A stretch of DNA of 64,000 nt. Origin: Kudoa neothunni (Eukaryota; Animalia; Cnidaria). Location: contig OZ199838.1 in NCBI GenBank assembly GCA_964304625.1, positions 3,210,656 through 3,274,655 on the forward strand, in the 5' to 3' direction. The translations under genes and the position numbers were made by a program. The notes below the pieces were generated by a model. It saw only the letters and a program-made list of their open reading frames with translations. It made no database searches and was not told where the DNA came from. Shown piece after piece: positions 1 through 14,324 of this stretch (within the stretch, counting starts at the first letter, position 1; every line of letters begins with the position of its first letter).

Positions 1-1278
1 AAGTAATTATATAAATTAATTTAAAAATGCTTCCAATTAGTAAAACTTAATAAGGAATTAAATAGATTTTTAAAATACAGAAATTTTGTGGTTGGCATAC
101 TTTTGTAAGTTACGATTGAAATAATAGGCTTTATACTTAATAAACTTTAATTTTAACTGAAGTTATGAAAATGTAATAATACTCATTAAGTAAACATGGA
201 ATATATAAACAATAACTCTGATAAAATTATTTCATATTTATTTTAAACATAGCATTCAATTTAACATTTTACAACCTAAAAGAAGCCTAAGTTATAAATA
301 TGAGTACAATAAAGTTAGCCAAAAAATTACATTTATGACCTAAATATCACCAACGCATACAAGTAATTTCCTTAAAATTTACTACGAAATATTTCAATTC
401 CAAATTATAATATAAACAACTTGAAATTATAAAAATCGTAATTTTTGGTAATTATCTATTTAATATTCATATCTTTTAAGGTTTTGTAAAATGATTTTTC
501 AGAATGAAAATTCCACCCGACAAAGTCGTCATAAATTATTTCTTTATATTTCACCTATTTATATAAATAAAATAAATATTTATCATTAATTGTACAAATA
601 CGCGATGTCAACAAACGATAATTAATAGGGGAAGTTTGAGCACATTATCACTTGAAAAAATTAAGAAGATAAATATTGATATACCTCTATCACAAACATT
701 TATATTTAAAAATCTAAGGATATCTAAAAAATGATACAGTTTACATCGACGTTATGCCTTATAAAATATAATAATAAATAATTTGTTTGTTAATGCATCT
801 TTTGTAATGAAAGATATGATAATGGTTTCTATTTCGTTAAACTTATAATTTAGATATGGATATCACATGTTCATGGTTTTAAACATTTAGTTAATTTTAG
901 ATTCCTTTGTCGTAAATTGAACTTCACGTATCCATTTTGGATCACATTTAGTATAGGCCCTCCTAATCCGCCAATGCACAATGATGATAATTGTGTTTAC
1001 TATTCCGTCATGTATGAGTATGAGATTAGGTGAAAAATGTGTTTTTACATTTTTAGAATAATTTTGATTCACCACAAAGGAGAAGAGCAAAAAAGATTTT
1101 CGTCTCAATTCACCGCTTACTGAAAACATTAAATCGGCTAGATCCAATCATTATTCTTTTTAAAGTCTATATATATATATATTTATAGAAACATTTATAA
1201 AATTATAAAAAATAAAATATTTTAATCTTGAAAGATTACATTAACTAAATAATGAGAAAAATCAAGGTTTGACGGCAT

Positions 1279-2160
1279 TTGCAACATCCCGAATTTGAAA
1301 TATACAGGACTGTTTTACTATTCTTTGATGATGAGTTTTTCAATTCAGTCATTATTCACGCTAACAAAATTTGGTGCATTTCATTACGGGAAAAAATGGA
1401 ATCTCTTAAGCAGCTATGGAGTTTGAATAAAGGGCGTGGTGACATATTTCGTAGAATTAATGTCATTATATAGATTCACCCAAATAAATTGAAGGCGCCA
1501 TTTTGATGATTATGAGGCAAGAAAATGATAAGTTTTCCCCTGTGACCGATGTTTTCAGTAGATGGAAAAATATTTGGCTGATGTGTGTAATTCCTTCTGC
1601 TGATCTTACTGTCGATGAACAGTTAGTTGCATTTAGGGGCAGGTGTCCCTTTAGGTAAGTACATGCCCTCTAAACCTGCAGTTTATGGCATTAAGTTCTT
1701 TCTTTTAACTGACCCTCGTACAAACTATACACACAATATTTCCGTTTATCCTGGAAGAACCAATATCGAAATTAACAAATGTGTCGATGAAAAGGCCGTC
1801 CTAGAGCTCTCGTCGCATTTAAAAAGATCTGGACGAAACGTTGTTTGTGACAATTTTTTTACCTCCGTTCTGTTGGCAAACAAACTTCATAACCTTGGCT
1901 TCACCCTTTTGGGGACTATCCGCCATAATAAACGAGATATTCCATTAATTCTTAAAGCTAGGAAATCGAGAGAGGTTCTTAGTTATATATTCATTTTATT
2001 GACTACATCTTCAAATAATGTCAATTTATGCCAAGGCAATACAAAAACAATGAATCAATGTTACAGCTGCTCCCAATTCTGTTGCAACAAACATTCGAGA
2101 ATTATATTTAGTTCTTTATTATATACTTCATCATTAATTTTGATTCGTTTTTTCGCTTAG
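1279..2160 (+). pseudogene. Degenerate piggyBac (PGBD4-like) transposase fragment
   Basis: Frameshifted motif TVDEQLVAFRGRCP / KYMPSKPAVYGIKFF, followed by RNVVCDNFFTS, LLGTIRHNKR and a C-terminal CxxCxxxxCxxH. No termini identified. Confidence 0.85.
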
Positions 2161-4020
2161 TTAAGGATCATATTAATTATATGATAAATAATTACTAATC
2201 CGTATTTTATCATAAATGATTTGCCTAATTCATTCATATTTTAAAAAATACTAGTTAAACAATATTTTACAATTATTCGAAAAATTTCATTGAATAACTT
2301 TTAGAATCGGTAAAATCGCAATCATGTTGCCAAAAGAGAATATATGTGTTGTTAAGATATTAGTGCAATTTAATAAGTTCTATTATTTTTTTAATTATAT
2401 AGATAACATTGTAAAAAAAAACACAAGGTATACTTTAAAAAGACTTATATTAATATTTAAATATTTAAAAAATAATAAATAAATGTTCGGCTGTCCTCGG
2501 TCCACACATTAATTATGATTATTTCGTTATCGTGCCAATAAAAAATTTTTTAGAGTGAAATTGTATAGTCCATATATGGCACTTTGAATAATTTTATTTT
2601 CATATTTCCCGCAAAATATTACATTTACTCAAATAGATTAATCTGGAATTGTGTACGATACTTTTACATCTTTACTAGAACTATCTACATAACCTTAAAA
2701 ATCGTCTATTTCATATTTTAATAACTGCTATATTATAGGAATAGTTTTATGACAAACATAACAGTTTATAATTTTTTTACAGCATAATGGACATATTAAA
2801 AGACCAACTTTTAAAATCAAATAATATTAAAAATTTTTCACGATCGCATTTTCCATCAAATTCAGTCATATAACTTTATCCAGTAAAGATAAAGATACGA
2901 AAAAAAAATTAAAAACTAAAAATCATATTTTAGCATAATAAATCGCAAAGAGGTTTATATTTCACCGATTGGGGTATGAAAAAATTGATTTGTTCAGTTT
3001 GTAAAATGTAACACCATTATAATGAGCATTTAAACTATCTCTTTGGTCAAATAATTATCTCACAAAATGATTTAAGTGATTTAATATAACGAATATGTTA
3101 AAATGTGTGACAAAAAATGGAATTGGCAATTTTTTGTAAACAAAAAAGGGAGATTACATGTGGGAGCGATTTTGCTCGAAGTGGGATTTGGTTTAAAATT
3201 TAGAAGTTATTTCTTAGGGCTGAATTTTTACTCTCCATCTTTATTAATTTTATTAATAAAAAATAGTAGAAAAATACGTCACAAAAAATGTGCGAAAAGT
3301 GGTGTTATTCAAGTGTCACGGGATTTATGATTACCATCGTATTTTACAGTTGAACTCTGACTTATGCTAATATTTAAGGTTAATATCCAACTAGATTAGA
3401 TTTTCATTAGAAACAATATTATGCTTGGTTTGTTTTTTTAAGCTACAGAGTAGACTACTTTCTTTCTGTTATCCTATGGAAATATTTATCATCGGCAAAA
3501 AAGACCGATTAAACCATGAAACTATGCATTAATCGTATGTATAGGAAAAAATTCGGTTCAACTGACTATTTAAAAAGCCACCCAGAATAATGACACACCT
3601 ATTAAGTCATATTTGCTCTCAGATAGTTCGGAATGAATGAAACAGAGTTTTTGAGATTAGTTGACACTAATCGCGTTACATTATCTTAGTTTTGTTACAA
3701 GGCCGTTTAAAAATTCATCAATTTAAGTACATAAGTGATTATGGTCAATCAATTTGAATATCAAATATATGCGGGGCGTCAATCTCAAGTAGTTTTGCAG
3801 ATTTTTTTGATATGAGTTTTGTCTTGTTGGCTATATTTTTGCCGACACGAGGCAAAAATGTCTCGCCGTTGACTAATTCAAAGATCAAAGCATGCGCCCC
3901 GCAGCCGAAGCATAACAGCGGTGTTTTTGACTCGTTGGTTGTTCGGAAAATTTCCCAGTCCTATAAAATTTAAGTTTGAACTATCCCCTTTTTTAAATAT
4001 TACTATATTCTTCCTTCATA

Positions 4021-5147
4021 ATGGGTCAAATATTATGTGGATTTAAAAAGCCAAAAACCTACACTATCAACAATATAATTTACAAAAAGGAGAAATACAT
4101 TGGAGAAGGAGGTGCAATAAATATATTGGTTGTTATGGTTTATTGTAATATCTATCTCTATAGCATATTCTTATGTGTATTTGGTCAAAAGAAACGGTCA
4201 GAACTATGCATTGGTAAGATTTCCCAATTTTTCATTTGTTTAACAATTTAATTTTTTCGTTCACATAGAAACTTATTCCATTATTAAATTCAGAAATTGA
4301 AAAAAGTAACTGTCCATGATTAGATAATTATGGGATTGTTATTTTAAATAATAGATGGCAAAAAACTGAAGTTTATATCTCCAAAACCATCCAGCATGAT
4401 TCTATCTGTTACTTGATTGATCATGAGATGATCACTCAAAATAATGGTTTGAGTACTGCACTATTATTGTTGGTTATTGTAATGTGAGTTGAATATCATA
4501 ACGTTAATACGAATAACTGAAAATTTCTGTTGGTCTAGGGACCTAATTTGGAGAATTTCTGCGGGAAACTAGATAGAGAACTTCTCTCGGATTATTTTTA
4601 TCAGATGCTGCAAGCTATTCAGGTGCTACATTGTAAGTATGAAGTGGCCTTTCTCCACAACGATATCAAGTAGTTTCAGTTGATTCAGTTAGTATTTATC
4701 ACACATTCAAAGGAATCCAATTTTATGCTGACTAGTGATGATGGTGGTCGAACCTACCGTGTGGTTTTGATTGATCTTGGCAGTTGTAAAGCTACCCCAA
4801 TACACATCACCTCGAGATTGGACGCTATGCGATATGAAGAATTATTCCAAATGGAATGCACATCATTTTATCGTGCGCCAGAACTATTTCAAGTGCCCAA
4901 TCCTTGCATATTGGGATTGGAGAGTGATATTTGGTCATTAGGCTGCACATTATTTTCGTTAGCATACGGAATTCTACCATTCAATGGAACTGCTCTTTCG
5001 GCAGTTACTGCTGACATCAAGTTTCCAACCAACCATCCGTATCAATATTATCCCCTCATTCAAGAATTAATTTTGGCAATGTGCACTCCTGAGCCCTCAA
5101 AACGACCTACAATAAAATCTCTCATCGCACAATGCTCATCATTCTAG
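4021..5147 (+). CDS. STK16: Serine/threonine kinase 16 (MPSK1/NAK family)-like, ~6 exons
   Basis: Starts MGQILCG (myristoyl/palmitoyl-type N-terminus as in STK16). Spliced IGEGAYSYVYLV, HNDIK|ESN, VLIDLGS, CTSFYRAPELF and SDIWSLGCTLF. GT-AG introns of ~45-60 nt. About two 1-nt indels in exons 3-4 are needed to keep the frame. Confidence 0.85.
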
Positions 5148-5536
5148 TAGATTATGGTGAGTTCCTAGTGTTTAGGACCACCTAATTTTGTTTATACGAT
5201 GTATGTACTTTTGCCTGTGATTTTGGATAATTATTCTTGTTGTGCATATCTCCGCGTCCTTTTATTTTCTTAGCATAAGTGCTTGTATTTATAAATTTTT
5301 TTATTGATTTAAATATATAATTCTTATAAAAATCTTTCATGCAAGTGATATCGCTTTAATCCCACCGTTTGGTTACTTTATATTATCCAATAATGATATA
5401 CTGTTACTGTATAGAGGCTATTCCAATTTTACACTAACAACTAAGTGGTTTAAGCATTTCTTTGGAATATTTCCGTTTTTCGATGGAATAGCTGATATTA
5501 TGCTTTAGATTCTTTTTTTAATTTGCTGCCCTATTC

Positions 5537-6058
5537 CAGTGGTTCTCAAAGTGGGTTCCACACGGCTACAATGACAAACAAAATTTAATCGTAACATAAG
5601 GAATTGATACATATCGTATCTTATGTGGTCAGTGAATTTTCGCTAATAGCAGGCTTTTGTCATTAAGCTACGTACCAACGTACGTGCGGGGAAATGCACT
5701 GCTTTTCTGTTAATACGAGTATTACTTTTATGTGACAAATTATTTTAACTATTTTTTAAACTTTGCAATGGATCGATGGTTAGAAAAGATAAGTACAACG
5801 TCATCTAAAGAAGACGCAAAAATAGGTCAACTCGCAAATGAACGATCTGCAAGCTCTAATTAAAAAAACACGGAATATGTTCCAATTTATTATGTATTTT
5901 AAATAATTTTCTTTATTAAAATATTTATTTGCTATTACAATTTGGTTAAATGTGTAACAAATAAAGTATTTTTTTTATTAAAACAAGTACTAATCCATTA
6001 TATATATTACAGGGAATGTAAAAAGGCTCCCGTTGCAAAATAAGCTTGGGAACCACTT
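5537..6058. mobile_element. Non-autonomous hAT (Charlie/Buster-like) MITE
   Basis: Left end CAGTGGTTCTCAAA, right end TTGGGAACCACTT. 8-bp flanks CCCTATTC (5529-5536) and CCTTATTC (6059-6066) match at 7/8. Confidence 0.7.
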
Positions 6059-6729
6059 CCTTATTCTAACGATCTCAGTAGTCGGAATAGTTATTTCAAT
6101 GTTTCCATACATATTTCACCTCCCTTCTTAATGTGAAAATCAAGGCTCAACTTTACTTTTTATATAAATGCAAAAATAATAATCCCAATGAAAAACGAAT
6201 CCAAATTATACCTTTTATTATTTTAGTCGATATTTTAACTTATGGATTTTCTTAATTATGTCTTAAATGGATACATTAAAAATTCTTTTGGTTAACTTAA
6301 ATTACGGGTAGTAAATTGAGAAGAACGAAGATTATTTTTTCCATCATGACTTCAACACTCAACGATTATAGCAATTATTTGTCTCGGTTTAAATATGCCA
6401 TTTTTAAGTAAAGTAATAAATAATTCAAATCAAAAAATTTAAATATAAAATTTGGCGCGTATAGAAACTCCTCGTTCAAATTACACCAAACATTCCACTT
6501 ATTAACTGACTGCTGTCATTTAAGTTAGTACTCTACAAAAATGCTATTATAATTACTGTAAAATATTTATATACCGGTTTTTCACATCCAAACTCGGAAT
6601 ACCATAGATTGTGGTTAATGGAATTTTTTATTTATTTAATAGCGCTAGACTAAACAACAGAAATGAGTTATAAATAAAAATAAATTCAAAATATATCATG
6701 TTCGACCCTTTTCGGATATCATCGTCATC

Positions 6730-9700
6730 ATGGGGAGTGAAAAGTGATATTTTTTACTTCCCACTTTAACATATTTATTAATTATGCTAAGTAGAGATCA
6801 TAAAGAAGGCAAAACAAAGTCATCTAAACAATCTAAAACCAATCCAAAAGAAGTACCTTCCAAAAGTAGCAAAAGTTCTCGCAGTAAGTCTAAAAACAGC
6901 TCTTCCACTGGTGGAAACAGAAAAAGAAAATATACTGATGAAGAAAAAAATTTAACCAAAGAAACAAATGAATTAGATCTAAGCAAAACCGAGTAATTTA
7001 GTTTTGGGTGCCAATTACAGTCCTCTCATTGCTTATTGGTGGTTGATTAGTGGAGTCGATGATAGAGAGAAAATTGAGCAGGAATTGATCGATGTTATGG
7101 AACAACGCCGTAAAAGATTGGAGGAATGGAAAGAACAGCTAGGAAACAAACAAGAGCCAGTCGAGCCCGACAATAGCGAACCCATTAAAACGTGGACTTT
7201 GGACAATGAGGAGGAAGAGGATGAAGAGCCTGTTGAATCGGTCGCTATAGATACAAATTCCATAAGTATTATTTATTAATATGCAGTCGTGCCCAACTGT
7301 AATAAAATTGTTTTATTAGTGCCTGAAGTGGATCCCTTGGATGCGTATATGGTTGAGATTTCAAAAGAAGTCAATTAACTAGTTTTATTATATTATTATT
7401 TTAATTTATCACAATAGATTAAAAATATTGACAAAAACGATAACTCAAACAATGTATCTGATCACACCACGAAAATGTGTATTCATGGGAGTTTTGTATA
7501 GTTGAGATCGAAGAATTTTGTACCAGAAATAATTGAACAGCATCAAGATAACGCTCAAGTTGGCATCTACTATTGATTTGGTTGTGGATGGTTTGTTTAG
7601 TTTGCAGCAAGTGATGACGAAGATGATCCTTTCAGTAAGATGGATCTTCTTGAGTTGTCAAAGAGGAAAAATAAAAAGATGCTCGAAGCGCCCGATCATT
7701 CTATGATTTATTATATAAATTTTAGAAAGGACTTTTATCGGGAAGTGCCAGAAATTACGAATATGACCGCTGGAGGTAAATTTACATGTTAAATTTGAAT
7801 CTTCAGATGTTGTTTTAATTCCATTAACTTTACGAAAAATTCTTATTTAATTTATTATTAACCCACGAATACCTGAAGATGGCCATTGCGACCACACGAT
7901 AAAATGTATTAAAATAATAAATTTAATAAAAATAAACCAATGATGCATTTCTGGGTCGGTTATTTGCGCACGTGAGAAGCACAGGAATAATTATGCCTGT
8001 ACATACTTTGAATAGCGTGAAAAATTAGAAATAAATTTTTCATAATTGCTTTATATTTCACATTTTTTTTCTTATTATTATATTAACAGCCGAGGTTTTG
8101 TTTTATTATGAAACTTCTTCTCCTACTGACAGAAATATGTTAATTAGATAAATTCGTACTTTATAAATTGAAATTTGACATTACAAATTAAATTATGAAT
8201 AAGAATATATATTTAATCTACGGGTTTTTAGATTTTAAATTATTAATTATGACATGAAGGTCTAAATTAAACTTTAAACAATTATTTTAAGTAAATACTT
8301 TTTGTTGATGTGTAATTTAACAAATTTATTATTGTATGCTTGATTCATATGCCAGATTAAATTAATTAACAGAATCAAGTTGTTATAGAAACTAAAAATG
8401 AATCTAAAAAAATCCCTGCTTAAAAACACATTTATAATTTTTATTTTACACGGAAAAGCTTTTTTATATATTTGAGCTATTTTAACGTTATTATATGTTA
8501 AGGTATGTGTGTAACCTTTTTTCTTCATTTGATTTTAAGTGAAAAAATTAAACTTCAAACTCCATTTCTTGAGTATTTTTGTCAAAAGCACCATTTTTCT
8601 ATAAAATACACGCAGGGAAAAATGGAAATAAAATATTTTGTAACGGTTGTTAATATAATAAACGCTGATTGGCCATCTCCAGGTATTCGAGGGTTAATAG
8701 TTATTATTAATGATCATCAGTGATGTCAGATATTGTAGTTACGTCTCGTTTGAACATTCATAAAAACAAATTGGTTAATAATTGGCTAATTTGTTGAATA
8801 TAGAGGTGATTGCATATCGTAAACAATTAGAAAATATTCAATTTAGAGGAAAGGGATGTCCTAGACCTGTTAAAAAATGGTCCCAGGTTAGCAGAATTTT
8901 TATTCTATATTTTATCAAATTATAAAAATTACATAAATTTTACGTATGTAGATGGGTCTTAGCGTTAGAGTGTTGGATACATTAAAAAGGTAATTGATAA
9001 GAATAAAAAAACAGTGTGCGTCATTAATATTTGCATTGAAGGAACAATTTCCTTCAACCCACTCCAATCCAAGCACAAGCGATCCCATGCGTTATGTCTG
9101 GTAGAGATGTGATTGGTATTGCCAAAACAGGAAGTGGAAAGACATTAGCTTTTTTGATACCGATGTTTCGGCACATCTTGGACCAACCTCCTTTAGAGAT
9201 TGGTGATGGCCCTATTGGTATGTCCACCTATTTGTTAGATGCTCTATAAAATCTGTTTGTAAAATTATCGATGATTAAACGCATTTGTAGCTTTGATTAT
9301 GACTCCTACTCGTGAGCTAGCCCTTCAAATTTATAAGGATTGTCGTCTGTTTGCCAAGTCACTTCATCTAAATGTGACAGCTGTCTATGGTGGCAATACT
9401 ATAAGTGAACAGGTTTATTTTATTGCCTATCATGCACCAACCAACGTGTCTGTTGTATTTATTCTCGAACTACTGTATTAGATAAGCGCGTTAAAAAAAG
9501 GATCTGAGATTATTGTGTGTACTCCAGGTCGAATGATAGATATGTTGACAGCTAACAATGGTATCTGTTGTGGTCGTTTCATTTTTAACTCGGCATATTA
9601 CTGTTACCTAGGAAAGATAGTCAACTGTAGACGAGTTACTTATTTGGTGTTGGATGAAGCTGACAGAATGTTTGATATGGGTTTCGAACCTCAGGCAATT

Positions 9701-11949
9701 AGATTTATGTGCCAGTTAAATTTGATTATCATTGTAAAGGTTACCAAAATTATTGAGCAAACACGCCCAGATCGTCAAACAATTTTATTTTCAGCCACTT
9801 TTCCACGTATCATGGAGTCTTTGGCTCGAAGAATTCTATCAAAACCTATAGAAGTAAATTGAGTGTCTGGGTTATTGATTCAGCTATGTTGATGTGAAAA
9901 GATTCAAGTTGGAGGTAGAAGTGTGGTTTGTAATGATGTCGATCAACGCTTGGTATGCTTTGATTTTTGGAGCTGAATTTATTGGTGGAATAGATTTACA
10001 TTGATGAGGATTTCAAATTTTTCAAATTGTTAGAGTTGCTAGGAATTTACAATCAACAAGGTTAATAATCAATAAAGACAAATGAATTTATATTAATTGT
10101 AAAAATAAAAGGTTCCAAGTTGGTATTTGTTGAGAAACAAGACAGTGCAGACATGCTTTTGAGAGATCTACTCAAAAAGGGCTATCCATGTTTATCACTT
10201 CATGGCGGTAGATATGTGGATGTATTGAATAAAATCATATTTTTATTTAAGGAATGGATCAGTACGATAGGGACAGCACTATCAATGATTTTAAAAATGG
10301 CGTTTCTGACCTTTTGATTGCCACATCTGTTGCTGCTAGAGGTTTAGACGTGAAAAATTTAAACCTGGTTGTTAATTACGATTGTCCTAACCATTACGAA
10401 GACTATGTACATCGTTTGCGGGTAAATCATTGTTTTCTGTAGTCATGATACAATTGTTTTCTAATCATTGTATTCTGGTGGTTAGGCGTACTGGTAGAGC
10501 AGGAAATAAAGGTGTAGCTGTGACATTTATCACGTCTGACGATATGGAGTAATATGGAATGTTTTGATAATAGTTTAATTGATTTTTAAAATTTCTAGCA
10601 ATGCTAGCGATATAATAAAATCAGTGGTTTCGATGAACATTGAGGTTCCTAACGATTTATTCTCAGCATGGTTGGAATACATTGATAAATTAAAAGAGGT
10701 ACTGTTTCAAAATCCACTTATTACTGATTAGATCCGCATTTTTTTGAAGGATGGCAAACTTCCTACAAAACGTACTGGGTTTGGTGGTAAAGGGTTCACA
10801 TTTACTGAAGAAGAACAGAATAAAGTTAATGAAGCTAAAAAGATGCTTGCATGGGTATTATTCTTTAACTATCGACTAAAGAACGGATCAGTGCAATGAA
10901 TGCATTATTATATTTCATATTATATAGACACATGGTTTACAAGATTCTGATGACGAAGCTGAAGAAGAGGAAAAAAACCCTAAACAAAGTCTATTTTGTT
11001 TTTGTTCAGAATATATAAAAATAATTTATATGGTTAGATTCAAGCTGATATTGATCGTGCTTTTGGAAATAAAATGCAAAAGACCACCTTAAAAGAAGCG
11101 GTAGCCAGAAATAATGTGACATCAGTCGATCAATGTACATATATAATTTGATTCACATACCTAACAGTTATCATCATCATCATCATCATCATCCAATATA
11201 GCTAAGTTGTCGTTGGCTCAAAGTCTCGCTTCAAAATTAAACGATAAACTAAATCCGGCCAACAAACCTGCTGAAAATGTGAATTCATTTTATATGATTT
11301 ATTTTATTAGTAACTACAACCTAGGCTGTTTCATTTAAAGATGCAGCTTCAACTCTGTTGGAAGGCGGGGAGGTTGGCAAGATTACTCTCACAGTAATCA
11401 TTCGTTTGGGGTTGTTTTACAAAAATTAAACGAATTATTATTAAAATAGCCCATGAATCTTGCGAAACAAATTGCCGACAAAATTAACGCCAAAATCAAC
11501 TATACTGCATCTGAAAATCCAGAAAATGAAGAGGAAATACAAGGTGACTACTTTATGGAAGAGATCGATATCAATGATTTCCCTCAACAAGCTCGTTGGA
11601 AAATCACTTCGAAAGTATACAGTGTGTACTTTTATAACTCTCATATATCATATTAGGAAACAATCGCGTCGGTTATTGAACTCACCGAATGTGCCATCAC
11701 AGTCAAAGGTCAATACGTACCTCCAGGTAAAACCCCAGAACAAATGGGCACTGATAGGCGCTTGTATCTCATGATCGAATCGACAGTGGAAATGAATCTT
11801 CAACTGGCTAAATCCGAACTCAAACGTATCCTAAAGGAAGAGCTACTAAAATTGGTATCTATGTGTCCGATAAAACTTCTCTTAATATTGGTTTCTAGGA
11901 TACCTCTTATTTGAGACAGTCAACATCAAACCGTTACCGCGTAGTTTAG
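6730..11949 (+). CDS. DDX46: DEAD-box RNA helicase DDX46/Prp5, >20 exons
   Basis: [77 protein letters not shown](C)[21 protein letters not shown] and C-terminal RYRVV*. The start codon is tentative. Confidence 0.93.
7862..8693. mobile_element. piggyBac-type non-autonomous element inside a DDX46 intron
   Basis: TTAA|CCCACGAATACCTGAAGATGGCCA ... TGGCCATCTCCAGGTATTCGAGGG|TTAA: 24-bp TIR (22/24 match) with TTAA TSD. Accounts for the one ~1-kb intron. Confidence 0.85.
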
Positions 11950-12637
11950 CGAATGATAAATTTTTGACATAACTCAAAATAACTATTTTATTATTGTATA
12001 TTAAAATTAATGCAATAAATTTTTCTTGTTTTAAAAAAATATTAAATAATTTAAGAAAAGTATGATAATTTTCCTGATTCTTATAAAGGAGTTTAAGATA
12101 GTACACTGGGACCTTGATTATCTGGAAATCGCGCAATCCGAAAGATATTTTATATTTTAATTGGACGTTATTGAAGTTACCTGTCGACATATACAATGTA
12201 GCATGTATACTAAGGCAATATTTAAAGTAAAAATATTTCTAGGTTTATTATTTATAAATTTTTCTTTTAAACATAAGTTATTCATCCAATTCTTATATAA
12301 ATTTGTACTATATCCGAACATATGCCTGTATGTATATTAAACCAACATTAAGTACCGATTATTTAAAAAAGTAGAGTACTCCGATGTAGACGAGTTCTTC
12401 TACCCTAAATATGTACTGTTTTTTCTTTGAAGTCTCCATATTTGTAGTTAACAGATTTTTCAATATTTTTAATTTAAGTTTCAGAAGTTAAATTATTGGA
12501 TAAAATTTAAAATACGCCCCCCTAAAAATTATAATGAATTGCAACATGTCAGATTAACGTGATAACAATTCCACTACACATAAAAGTAATTACACAACAT
12601 ATATTAATCAAATAATAATGATATAAATAAATTTAAT

Positions 12638-12995
12638 TTAATAAACGATTTCTAATTCATCAATATCAGCAAATTCATTTATAGATGAGGTCCGCTTTCT
12701 CGGTGATATTTTATATTTAACCACATCCCATGTCCTCTCGATTGTATTTATATGTGCGCCTGTGGTTGCATTCAGATATTTTATATTGTGGTTAACCTGT
12801 AAATGATCGTAAAATTCATGTAGTTGATTGTAACTGGAAAAACAATCTGTGTATATCGTAGGTCCTTCTAAAACTTGGGTTTTTATTAGTGACAATAATG
12901 TTTGAGCAGTTCGATTAGGAGCGTCCTTCTTTCCTCGGTACGATCAAATCCGCCATGGACCCAAGCGCCATTAACCCTTTGTAGATGATTATCGG
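12638..12995 (-). pseudogene. Merlin/IS1595-like transposase remnant
   Basis: RVNGAWVHGG, TIYTDCFSSY, HLQVNH and TGAHINTIERTW motifs. Confidence 0.8.
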
Positions 12996-13226
12996 AAAGT
13001 CACGTAAAGGTTGAACCGAGCTCCAAGAGCCCAGTTGAAATAGTTTAATCACTTCAGAGCTCAACAATTGGTCAGGTTGATGTTTCAGGCTAATTACTTT
13101 TAAACTAAAATCAATTATTTGTTAAAATTCACTCTAATATAGGGTTTTCCGAGCTTTAACAACACGTGTCTAAATTTGGAATCTAATTAAGTAGAGAATT
13201 CATATTTATAATTCAGAAAATATCAA

Positions 13227-14324
13227 ATGAGTGGTAATTATGTATAACATAGTTGATTTGTATAATATTTATGAAATAAATAAGATACCAGTAACGATTC
13301 TCAAATTACAGCCCCCAAAAAAACGAGACGGACAATCTCAAATGTCACAAGGTCAATGATTATTAACCAATGTGAAAAAAAATATAGCAACTCTATAATT
13401 GCAGAAAACGTCGGTGTACATCGATGCACCGTTGCTTCAATTGTAAAAGCCTACCTAGTTGACGGAAAGGTAGAATCTTTAAAGCGGGGTGGCGATTATT
13501 CCACAAAGCTAACTGATGAACAAAAGTTGTTTATTAGAAATTGGGTGGACGAAGACGCAACAATTACTCTCAAAGCCCTTCGCCTGAAATTAATTGACGA
13601 ATGTGGAGTAAGCGTAAGTGCAAGCACTATTAACAGATGCTTGAAACAATTCCACTATTCGTTAAAAATAGTTACAATTGTCCCCGAGCGAAGGAATTGT
13701 GAGAATACTTTAGAACAGCGCCTTGTGTATGCTCAAAACTTTAACTCAAAAATTCTTGAGATTGAAGATAAAAATTTTATTTTTATCGATGAAGTTGGGT
13801 TCAGCGTATCTACGCGAACTAGAAAAGGTCGTTCCCTTGCTGGTACATCAGCTTACGTTCCTGTTGGAGGCGTTAGAACAAGGAACATATCCGTTATAGC
13901 CTCAATGAGTAAATACGGTATGGTATTTTATAAAGTTAATCGGCGACCAGTGAATGGAGAGGATTTTAAGGAATATCTTATTGAGCTAGTAGATTTTTGT
14001 CACTCGATCGAAATAGATAATCCATGCTTCATATTGGACAACGCGAGAATTCATCATTATCGTGGACTTACAGATGTGCTGAACTCTATGCAATTGATAT
14101 TGATGTACCTGCCTCCATATTCGCCATTTTTGAACCCGATCGAAAATGTGTTCAGTAAATGGAAGAACCATGTTATACGGGGCTCAGCAAGGGATGAACC
14201 TGATCTTTTAAACCTAATAGATGATGGGTTTAAAATTATCACTCCTGATGATTGTTCCGGATACTATCGAAAGATGCTTCGATATGTTTCCAGATGTCTC
14301 AACAGAGAAATTATTATGGAATAA
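13227..14324 (+). CDS. Tc1/IS630-like DD34E transposase (exon 13227-13233, intron 13234-13284, exon 13285-14324)
   Basis: HTH region, then FIFIDE, ILDNARIH and LPPYSPFLNPIE with 34 residues between D and E. A 51-nt GT-AG intron joins an upstream ATG in frame (MSDTSNDSQITAPKKTRRTIS...). The intron is predicted only. Confidence 0.88.

Noticed and set aside
3103-3330. 75-aa ORF and similar short AT-rich ORFs (8274-8723, 11882-12196, 28685-28867, 32609-32833)
   Set aside because: No motifs and composition matches the non-coding background. Several lie in introns or TEs.
6798-7263. Minus-strand ORFs (62 and 76 aa)
   Set aside because: Antisense shadows of the low-complexity DDX46 exons.
13356-14324. 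Bacterial IS630 contamination
   Set aside because: It is embedded among intron-rich genes, has a decayed relative at 21056-22503 and carries a probable intron.
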